Source: Demequinaceae bacterium (GTDB lineage Bacteria; Actinomycetota; Actinomycetes; Actinomycetales; Demequinaceae). Taken from it: 32,000 bases of DNA. Both the position numbers and the translations under genes were made by a program. This document shows, in pieces, positions 20,701 through 28,612 of this stretch (position 1 is its first letter; every line of letters starts with the position of its first letter). The stretch is taken from assembly GCA_965250005.1 (NCBI GenBank), contig OZ252279.1, positions 120,001 through 152,000 of the forward strand, given 5' to 3'. The notes under the pieces were generated by a model. It saw only the letters and a list, made by a program, of their open reading frames with translations, was not told the DNA's origin and ran no database searches.

Positions 20701-21328
20701 CGCGATCAGCCAACTGGGCCGCGTCAACCCCCTCGCGCTCGAAGAGTTCTCAGCTCTGGAGGAGCGGCACAAGTTCCTCACCGATCAGCTCGCGGACATC
20801 AAGAAGACACGCGAGGGTTTGCTCGAGATTGTCAAGGAGATTGATCAGCGCGTCGAGAGCATCTTTGTCGACGCGTTCAATGACACGGCCAAACAGTTCG
20901 CGGAGGTTTTCCCGCGCCTCTTCCCTGGCGGCGAGGGCAAACTGGTCCTCACCGACCCTAAGGACATGCTCAACACCGGCATAGAGGTTGAGGCGCGCCC
21001 GGCAGGCAAGAAAGTCAAGCGCCTGTCGCTGCTGTCGGGCGGCGAGCGGTCGCTCACGGCGATCGCGCTGCTCGTATCCATCTTCAAGGCGCGCCCCAGC
21101 CCGTTCTACGTCATGGACGAGGTCGAAGCCGCGCTCGACGACGTAAACCTCGGGCGACTGCTAGGCATATTCCGCGAGCTTCAGGAGGATTCCCAGTTGA
21201 TCGTGGTGACGCACCAGAAGCGCACCATGGAGATAGCCGACGCGCTGTATGGCGTCACCATGCGCAACGACGGGGTGACCACTGTGATCAGCCAAAGGCT
21301 GCACAAGGGCGAGGCTGTCAGCGCCTAG
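17705..21328 (+). CDS. smc: Chromosome segregation protein SMC
   Basis: Walker A ([23 protein letters not shown]), coiled coils, hinge, signature [15 protein letters not shown] and Walker B [14 protein letters not shown]. Confidence 0.97.
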   Translation: [1207 protein letters not shown]

Positions 21329-21346
21329 CCTTCCGGCGCGCGGCGA

Positions 21347-22867
21347 CTACGAGAAGGGCGCGACTGTGATCTGAAGGTTCTCGAGTGGGTCGCCGAAGAA
21401 CTCGGACACGACCAGCACGTATGTCCCTGCGGGGATCACCGTTTCTACCTTGGGGTTCTTGTCCGTGAATTCCTGGACAAAGATGTAGTCGTCCGACCAC
21501 GCGTAGCGCATGGGATTGTCCGCGCCGCCAATCTTGACCACCTCGAGCACCAGGTCCTGTCCTTCGAGCGACAGCGCGGAGAGCGAAAGGATCTGATCGT
21601 CAGAAACGGTCAGGCACGCGATCGCCCTGGTCTGGTCTGGCGCGTCCTCATCGAGAAAGAGCCGCGTGGCAGTCTCGCCAATCGTGATGATCGGGGTGTC
21701 TAGGTTGTCGTCCTCGCACGTGGCCGCGGTGAGGTCCGCAGCGTTGTCCGCCACGGGGCCCACGCGGAAGTACGAACGCTCTGTGTCGACGTAGATTTCC
21801 GTCATGCCCGTGGCACCGCCGCTCCACTCCTCGACCTCGATCAGGTACGTGCCCACCTCGAGTTGCGTGCTGGCTTCGGGGTCACTACCGAATGCGTCGT
21901 CGAATGAGCGAACAAAACGCGGGCGGCCTGTCTCGTCAAACTTATGTAGCGCGAACGTGAGGTCGGGAGAGTCAATGCCCGCGGCGACCTCGTCGAGTGA
22001 TATGACGCCAATTTTGGTCCACGCGGCTTCGGTGAGGACTAGGCATGCCACGGTATTGTCCGAGTCGCGCTTCACGGACGCAGTGTCCGTGAGCATCGGG
22101 ATGTCGGCGCTGCCGCATTCGTCGACGCCGGGCAGATGCGAGTTGAACGCAGCGTCCGCTGAGGGATCACCAATCGCATCCGGGTCGTGCGTGGTTGAGT
22201 ACAGCGTGAACTCGCCGGGGTCGCCTCCTCCGAACGCCGTCACGGTGGCCACGTAAGTCCCAGGGAAGAACGGAGAGCTGACCTCGGGGGCGTCGCCGTG
22301 GGTGTCGTCGGCAGCGGCCCAGAAGGCGCCGTCCGCGTTGGATATCTCTATGACGAGGTCATTCGAGGGGTCTGCGGGCGTCGCGCCCATCGAAATGATG
22401 AGTTCGGTTTCCACCTCAAAACAGACCACCTTGGACGCGTTCTTGTATTCGCGGTCCAGCTCGATCTGTTCGAGTGCGGCGCCTCCGCATGCCTCACCCA
22501 CCTGGGGCAGGGGGGTGGGGCCGGTGGGCTCGGGCTCCGGATCCGCGACCGCGAAGATCGCCGCGGCGGCCACACCCACAAGTACGACGGCCGCACCAGT
22601 GAAGATCGCGGCTCGTGCCTTATTGCCGGTGCCTGTGGTCGCGTCGAATCCCTGTCGCGGGTTCTTCATTCGGGCTGGCGTCGCCCCCATGGTCCCGTGG
22701 AACCCCGGGGTCTCGTCGTTCGCGTGGTCCCCGTCGCGGCGTCCGCGGGCAGGCCGCCTTCTGCCTACCGGCGCGCTGCACACTGGGCAGATCGTTGACC
22801 CGATCAGCATTCGGTGGCCGTTGGTGCACGTGGACAGCGCTGCCTCGTGCGAATCGTCCTTCGCCAT
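21347..22867 (-). CDS. Zinc-ribbon/TM protein with three PPC-like modules
   Basis: N-terminal CTNGHRMLIGSTICPVC ribbon, TM helix (AAIFTGAAVVLVGVAAAAIFAV), three modules; module 2 carries FDDAFGSDPEASTQLEVGTYLIEVEEW, nearly the same motif as in the 10496..11551 protein. Confidence 0.75.
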   Translation of the reverse strand: MAKDDSHEAALSTCTNGHRMLIGSTICPVCSAPVGRRRPARGRRDGDHANDETPGFHGTMGATPARMKNPRQGFDATTGTGNKARAAIFTGAAVVLVGVAAAAIFAVADPEPEPTGPTPLPQVGEACGGAALEQIELDREYKNASKVVCFEVETELIISMGATPADPSNDLVIEISNADGAFWAAADDTHGDAPEVSSPFFPGTYVATVTAFGGGDPGEFTLYSTTHDPDAIGDPSADAAFNSHLPGVDECGSADIPMLTDTASVKRDSDNTVACLVLTEAAWTKIGVISLDEVAAGIDSPDLTFALHKFDETGRPRFVRSFDDAFGSDPEASTQLEVGTYLIEVEEWSGGATGMTEIYVDTERSYFRVGPVADNAADLTAATCEDDNLDTPIITIGETATRLFLDEDAPDQTRAIACLTVSDDQILSLSALSLEGQDLVLEVVKIGGADNPMRYAWSDDYIFVQEFTDKNPKVETVIPAGTYVLVVSEFFGDPLENLQITVAPFS

Positions 22868-23007
22868 ATGCTGACTGTATATCGGGCGCCGCGTGCGGGA
22901 GCGCTAATTGTGACCATTCCGCAATGTCGAACCCAGCGATTCGGCGCGCGCAACCGTTTGCATGTTGAGAGACTCATCTTAGGCCTACAACACACAGGAG
23001 GTGCGCC

Positions 23008-23241
23008 ATGAACAGTTCCCACGCGGCATTGATAGCGGGAATCGTGGCGTTAGCCATCCTCATTCTTGGCGTGGCATCGCAAGGCCGGCTCAAGCATCTG
23101 GTGTTGGTGCTGCTTGGTGCGGCACCGCGCCGTCCCGTGAGGGAGTTCATTGATGAGATCCCGCGTGCTGAACACGACTGGGCAGTGGTGGGCCAGCTCG
23201 ACTCGCGCGCCGCGCCATTCAAGGACGACGTTGCGACCTAG
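23008..23241 (+). CDS. Small hypothetical protein with N-terminal TM segment
   Basis: 77 aa ORF with strong SD (CAGGAGGTG) upstream of the ATG. Confidence 0.6.
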   Translation: MNSSHAALIAGIVALAILILGVASQGRLKHLVLVLLGAAPRRPVREFIDEIPRAEHDWAVVGQLDSRAAPFKDDVAT

Positions 23242-23321
23242 TGCCACACTAGGCACGTGATCTTGCTGCCTTTCGCTGCCCCAACGCACGCCGCATCGAT
23301 GTGCACTGGCGGGGAGGCGTG

Positions 23322-24314
23322 ATGGCCTGGCTCAAGCGCGACAGAAGCCAGCCCGCGGACCACGCACAGGTTGTCGACGCGGGTGCACCTCAGTCTGAAC
23401 TCGACAAGACGCCATCACGGTTGTCCAAACTGCGCGGCCGTATGGGCGGTGGGCTGGGCACCAAGCTTCTTGCGGTCATGGGCCGCGGCAAACTTGAGCA
23501 AGAGGACTGGGACGCGCTTGAGGAAATCTTGCTTGCAGCCGACGTGGGCGTGGGTGCCACGGAGGAGCTGCTCGAGGCGCTACGCGAGCGCGTCAAGAAG
23601 GACCCCAACGCCGACCCGCGCGAGAGCCTGCGCGCTGAACTCATCGCGGTGGTAGACATGGACGCGGAACGCGGGCTCGCGCTTGGGGCGCCGGGCGACG
23701 GTGCTGCGGCGCCCCTCGTCATGGTGGGAGTCAACGGCGTGGGCAAGACCACCACCGTCGGCAAGTTGGCGAGCGCGCTGATTGCCGACGGCTACAGCGT
23801 GATCCTCGCCGCGGCAGACACGTTCCGTGCGGCCGCTGCAGATCAGCTGGAAACCTGGGGGGCCCGCACGGGAGTGCAGGTGGTGCGCGCGGGCCGCGAC
23901 GGTGCGGACCCGGGCTCAGTCGCGTTCGAGGCCTCCGAGCGGGCGACGGCCGTTGGTGCGGACGTCCTGCTGGTGGACACCGCGGGCCGCCTCCAAAACA
24001 AGCAGGGCCTCATGGACCAGTTGGGCAAACTGATCCGGGTGCTGTCCAAGAAGCGTGCACCCGCCGAGGTGCTGCTGGTGCTGGACGCCACGACCGGCCA
24101 GAACGGGCTCGCCCAGGCCCGCGTGTTCGCTGAAGTTGCTGGTATCACCGGCATCGTCCTGACCAAGCTGGACGGAACCGCCAAGGGCGGAATCGTGATT
24201 GCTGTGCAGCGTGAGTTGGGCGTACCTGTGAAGTTTGTGGGCCTGGGCGAGGACGTCGAGGATCTGGCGCCGTTCGAGGCTGCGGCCTTTGTGGACGGGC
24301 TGCTCGACTTGTAG
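23322..24314 (+). CDS. ftsY: Signal recognition particle receptor
   Basis: VNGVGKTTTVGKLA, DTAGRLQNK, TKLDGTAKGG; ATG at 23322 preceded by GGGGAGG. Confidence 0.95.
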   Translation: MAWLKRDRSQPADHAQVVDAGAPQSELDKTPSRLSKLRGRMGGGLGTKLLAVMGRGKLEQEDWDALEEILLAADVGVGATEELLEALRERVKKDPNADPRESLRAELIAVVDMDAERGLALGAPGDGAAAPLVMVGVNGVGKTTTVGKLASALIADGYSVILAAADTFRAAAADQLETWGARTGVQVVRAGRDGADPGSVAFEASERATAVGADVLLVDTAGRLQNKQGLMDQLGKLIRVLSKKRAPAEVLLVLDATTGQNGLAQARVFAEVAGITGIVLTKLDGTAKGGIVIAVQRELGVPVKFVGLGEDVEDLAPFEAAAFVDGLLDL

Positions 24315-24443
24315 GCCCGCCGCGCTTCGATACCCGCGCCTGTATTGAGAAATCCCGGGTGTCGGAGGCGGAATCTCGCTAAATGTTGCGGCGCCTGCCT
24401 GGACCCGCTAGTTTGCGAGTGTGATTTGGCCTGGGTTTAGTTC

Positions 24444-25370
24444 CTAGGTGTTTCCCTGTCCGGCGGATGCCGGTTGGGTTGATTCTTGGCCAGCGTAGTA
24501 CGCCTGTTCGATCTCGACGGGGGTGTGCATGTCGAGTTCGCCGTGGAGTCGTTTGTTGTTCCACCACCACACGTATTCGAGGGTCGCGAACTCGACTTGT
24601 TCGACGGTGCGCCAGGGCCCTTGCTGGCGGATGAGTTCTGTTTTGTAGAGGCCGTTGATGGCCTCGGCGAGGGCATTGTCATATGAGTCGCCGACCAAGC
24701 CGGTGGAAGGTTTCGCACCGAGCTCGATGACGCGGTCGGTGTAGACCGTAGCCAAATAGTTTGAGCCGTGGTCGGCATGATGGACGAGGCCAGCGAGGTC
24801 GCCTGCCGCGTCCCAGGCGGCCATGTCGAGCGCCCGCAAAGGCAGGATGTCAGCCTGCAGGGTCGATGCGACGTTCCATCCGACGATCCTGCGTGAGTAG
24901 ACGTCGGTGACGAACGCGACGTAAGCGAAACCGGACCAGGTCGCGACGTAGGTGATGTCCGCGACCCACAAACGGCGCGGTGCTGGTGCAGTGAACCGGC
25001 GTTGCACAAGATCCTGCGGCTTGGCGGCAGCAGGATCACTCTTGGTCGTAAACACTTTCTTCGAGCGTTTCACACCCCGAACACCTGCCAGGCGCATGAG
25101 TCGCTCGGTCTGGTCCCGCCCAACCTGCCAGCCTTGCCGCTTCAGCAGCGCATGCATTTTCCGCCTCCCGTACACGCCGTAGTTCTCTGCATGCAACCGG
25201 ACCACCTCGGGCACAAGCAGACCATCACGCAGGGCACGCACGGACGGTGGACGCGTCTTAGCGGCGCGATAACCGCGCGAGGTGACAAATCCACGAACCG
25301 CCACGCGTAACACCCGGCAGATGAGCTCAACCCCGAAACGACCCTTGTGCTCGTCAATGAAGCGGGTCAT
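24444..25370 (-). CDS. IS3-family transposase OrfB (DDE integrase core)
   Basis: HTH-like region (YGVYGRRKMHALLKR) and DDE core (LWVADITYVAT...HHADHGSNYLA...GDSYDNALAEAINGLYKTE). Confidence 0.95.
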   Translation of the reverse strand: MTRFIDEHKGRFGVELICRVLRVAVRGFVTSRGYRAAKTRPPSVRALRDGLLVPEVVRLHAENYGVYGRRKMHALLKRQGWQVGRDQTERLMRLAGVRGVKRSKKVFTTKSDPAAAKPQDLVQRRFTAPAPRRLWVADITYVATWSGFAYVAFVTDVYSRRIVGWNVASTLQADILPLRALDMAAWDAAGDLAGLVHHADHGSNYLATVYTDRVIELGAKPSTGLVGDSYDNALAEAINGLYKTELIRQQGPWRTVEQVEFATLEYVWWWNNKRLHGELDMHTPVEIEQAYYAGQESTQPASAGQGNT

Positions 25371-25687
25371 CTCGTCCGTGGCTGGTCGAGCTCCTTCGCA
25401 AAAAACACGCTCGCAGCCCGAAGGACCTCATTCGCTTTGCGCAACTCCGCGTTCTCGCGCTTCAAACGCCGGTTGTCCTCAACTATGTCGCTAGTCGCCC
25501 CCGGGCGTTGCCCGGCATCGACCTCGTAGCGGCGTTGCCACACGCGAAGCGTCTCCGGGCTCATCCCAAGCAAGCCTGCCACGTGACGGATCGCAGTCAT
25601 CAAACTCGGGTGATCCGGCCTCGCCTCAGCAAGCATTCTCAACGCCCGCTCACGCATCTGCGGTGTGTATCTAGTCATGGGTTCCAT
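25367..25687 (-). CDS. IS3-family transposase OrfA
   Basis: MTRYTPQMRERALRMLAEA...HVAGLLGMSPETLRVWQRRYEVDAGQ...LKRENAELRKANEVLRAASVFFAKELD; start at 25687 or 25678. Confidence 0.9.
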   Translation of the reverse strand: MEPMTRYTPQMRERALRMLAEARPDHPSLMTAIRHVAGLLGMSPETLRVWQRRYEVDAGQRPGATSDIVEDNRRLKRENAELRKANEVLRAASVFFAKELDQPRTR

Positions 25688-25725
25688 CCTTACTGAAAAG
25701 TCGGAACAAAACCCAGGCCAAATCA

Positions 25726-26293
25726 GGACGTGGACCTGGGCGGGCTCGTGGTGCGCTGGATCCCCGAATGGCAGGGCATCCGCAACAGCCCCCAAACCAA
25801 CCCGCTGCATGTTTACACCGTTGACCGTCACAGCATCGAGGCGGTGATCCGCGCGGGTCGGCTGGCAGCGGACGCGCCACACGCTCAGCTGCTACTGCTC
25901 ACAGCGCTGTTCCACGACATCGGCAAAGGCGACAACGACGACCACGCCGCGGTGGGCGCCGCCATGATCCCCGCAATCGCCACCCGGCTCGGGCTGGACG
26001 CAGACACTGGCCGCGATCTAGAAGTGCTGGTGAGGCACCACCTGCTCATCTCCGACCTCGCTGCGGGCAGCGACGTCGACCATGCCGAGACCGTCTCAAC
26101 CCTGCTGGACGCGCTCGGGCACAGGCGCGACATGCTCGAGGCGCTACGCAACTTTAGTGAGGCAGACGCCACCGCGTCCGGGCCCGACGTCTGGATCCCG
26201 TCGCGCGAGGATCTGGTCAACCGGCTCATGGCCGCAGCGACCGCGCGCCTGGGACCGGAGGCGCAGACGCGCGTCACCGGCACCAGTGAGTAG
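25726..26293 (+). pseudogene. 5'-truncated second glnD: HD domain only
   Basis: Reads DVDLGGLVVRWIPEWQGIRNSPQTNPLHVYTVDRHSIEA...ALFHDIGKG... from the base next to the IS end; aligns to the C-terminus of the full-length copy at 26780..28555. No nucleotidyltransferase domain. Confidence 0.85.
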
Positions 26294-26350
26294 GCCCAAA
26301 GCCGTACGCGGGCGCTACTGTTGGCAGCACCAGGATTTGTACGGAGATAG

Positions 26351-26713
<363 letters not shown>

Positions 26714-26716
<3 letters not shown>

Positions 26717-26809
26717 TCGAGTCCACCAGTAGTCGAGCCCACCGATAGTCAAGCCCACCGACAGTCAAGCCCACCGATCGTGAGCCCCACCGATGTAGGG
26801 CCCACGGGT
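26714..26809 (+). repeat. 16-bp tandem repeat array, 5 units plus one degenerate unit
   Basis: Units starting at 26714, 26730, 26746, 26762, 26778 and (degenerate) 26794; consensus TAGTCAAGCCCACCGA. Confidence 0.9.
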
Positions 26810-28555
26810 TCAGGTGAGATCCAAGCACCCGCGCCAGAGCTGGCGAACCTCAGGCGTGCCCGGCTCGAGGCGGCTGAGCGTTCGCACGCCAGCGGCGAGG
26901 CGGGGTCCGTCCGAAGGCGCCACATGGCGGACATGGTCTCGCGTGCACTCCTTGCGCACTGGAAAAATGTCACGGATGGTGCGACAGACGGGGTCGCGCT
27001 GGCCGCGATTGGCAGCACCGGACGCCAGGACGCCGGGCCTTGCAGCGACCTCGACCTTGTACTCATTCACGACGGCAACACACGCAGCGAGCAAGAACTG
27101 GCGGAGCTGTCGCAGGCGCTCTGGTACCCCATCTGGGATGCGAAGCTCGAGTTGGACCACGCGACGCGCTCGGTCGCGGAATGCAAGCAGGTCGCAGGGC
27201 AAGAACTGGCCGTCGCGTCCGGGTTTCTGAGCCTGCGCGGGATCGCCGGCGACTCATCGCTCACCGAGCACGTGCGGGCGTGGGCGCTCGCGGACTGGCG
27301 GGGCTCCGCCAAGCATCGGCTGCCCGCGCTGCTGGCGGACGCGAAGGATCGCGCCAGCCGCTTTGGTGAACTGGCGCACCTGACGGAGCCCAACATCAAA
27401 GAAGCCCGCGGCGGGCTGCGTGACGCGACCAGCCTGCACGCCCTTGCGGCCACCTGGCTCACGGACCGCCCGCACGGCGCGATCGACGGCGCGATCGATC
27501 ATCTGCTGGACGTGCGCGACCTGCTGCACATGGTCGCCAAGAAAGGCGTCACCACGCTCGGGCGCCACCTAGTGGACGACGTGGCCGCGCTCGCCGGCGT
27601 CCCAACCGCGGAGCACCTACTAAGAGATCTGGCCGCGTCCGCGCGCGAGGTTGCCTACGCGACCGACACCACCGCGCTGGCCGCGACCCGCGCCTTGGCC
27701 CGCACGCGCACGGGGACGCGCGGATTCCGTGCACGCCGCGAGCGCGCCGCACCCAAGTTCGACGCGCTCGCAACCGGGCTTATCGAGGCCGACGGTCAAA
27801 TCGCGCTGGCCGCAAACGCCAAGCCAGCGTCTGACCCCGTGCTTCCACTCCGCGCCGCCGCGACCGCCGCCGCTACGGGCCTCGCGATTCCGCCGGCGGT
27901 TGTCGTGAGCCTGGGGCGCTGCCCAGAATTGCCCGTGCCGTGGCCCGCGCAAGCGCGCGAGCACCTGCTCGCACTTCTCGGAGCGTGCGACAATCTGGCG
28001 AGCGTGTGGGAGGCCATGGATCTGGGCGGTCAAGTGGTGACGTGGCTGCCGGAATGGGAGCGCGTGCGCAACCAGCCGCAGTGGAACCCCGTCCACGTCT
28101 ACACCGTTGACCGCCACAGTGTGGAGGCGACCGTACTTGCGGGACGCCTGGCCGCGCGCAGCGAGGACCGTCAGCTGCTGCTGCTTTCGGCACTGTTCCA
28201 TGACATAGGCAAGGGCTCGGGTATGGACCACTCCGTCGCGGGCGCCGCGCTTATCCCGGAGCTCGCCCAACGCATCGGCCTCGAAGACGGGCTCGCAATG
28301 GACGTCGAGACGTTGGTGCGGCACCACCTGTTGCTGCCGGACCTCGCGACCAAAGAGGACGTCGCGGACCCGGCGACCGTAGCAACGCTGCTGGGTGCGC
28401 TCGGCGGGCGGCGCGATCTGCTGGAGTCGCTTCGAGTGCTTGTCGAGGCCGACGCCCGCGCCGCTGGACCTAAGGCGTGGACGCCGTGGCGCGAGAACCT
28501 CATAGACAGTCTGATGTCTGCGGCGCGCGCGACGCTGAACGCCCAGGACGCGTAG
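26780..28555 (+). CDS. glnD: [Protein-PII] uridylyltransferase-like protein without ACT domains
   Basis: NTase motif GSTGRQDAGPCSDLDLVLIHDG, HD motif ALFHDIGKG...DHS, ends shortly after the HD domain. Start codon uncertain (GTG 26780 lies in the repeat array; next in-frame ATG is 26924). Confidence 0.88.
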   Translation: MSPTDVGPTGSGEIQAPAPELANLRRARLEAAERSHASGEAGSVRRRHMADMVSRALLAHWKNVTDGATDGVALAAIGSTGRQDAGPCSDLDLVLIHDGNTRSEQELAELSQALWYPIWDAKLELDHATRSVAECKQVAGQELAVASGFLSLRGIAGDSSLTEHVRAWALADWRGSAKHRLPALLADAKDRASRFGELAHLTEPNIKEARGGLRDATSLHALAATWLTDRPHGAIDGAIDHLLDVRDLLHMVAKKGVTTLGRHLVDDVAALAGVPTAEHLLRDLAASAREVAYATDTTALAATRALARTRTGTRGFRARRERAAPKFDALATGLIEADGQIALAANAKPASDPVLPLRAAATAAATGLAIPPAVVVSLGRCPELPVPWPAQAREHLLALLGACDNLASVWEAMDLGGQVVTWLPEWERVRNQPQWNPVHVYTVDRHSVEATVLAGRLAARSEDRQLLLLSALFHDIGKGSGMDHSVAGAALIPELAQRIGLEDGLAMDVETLVRHHLLLPDLATKEDVADPATVATLLGALGGRRDLLESLRVLVEADARAAGPKAWTPWRENLIDSLMSAARATLNAQDA

Positions 28556-28612
28556 TCACCCCAGGTAGGCTTGACCGCAGAATTCAGCCACCGCCCGCGA
28601 AAGGAAACGTCC

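Larger units (their letters stand above)
24422..25725 (-). mobile_element. IS3-family insertion sequence (complete)
   Basis: Terminal inverted repeats TGATTTGGCCTGGGTTTAGTTCC at the left and the complement of TGATTTGGCCTGGGTTTTGTTCC at the right (22/23); encloses orfA and orfB; 1304 bp. Confidence 0.93.

Noticed and set aside
25730-26293. Stand-alone HD-domain phosphohydrolase gene
   Set aside because: The homology begins at the IS edge mid-domain relative to GlnD and no SD precedes the GTG at 25730; a truncated glnD is the simpler reading, though residual expression cannot be excluded.
27620-28327. 235-aa antisense ORF opposite glnD, plus others (28171..29037 -, 29129..30229 -, 29983..31092 -)
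   Set aside because: All lie opposite recognisable genes (glnD, ffh, amidohydrolase) and look like shadow ORFs.
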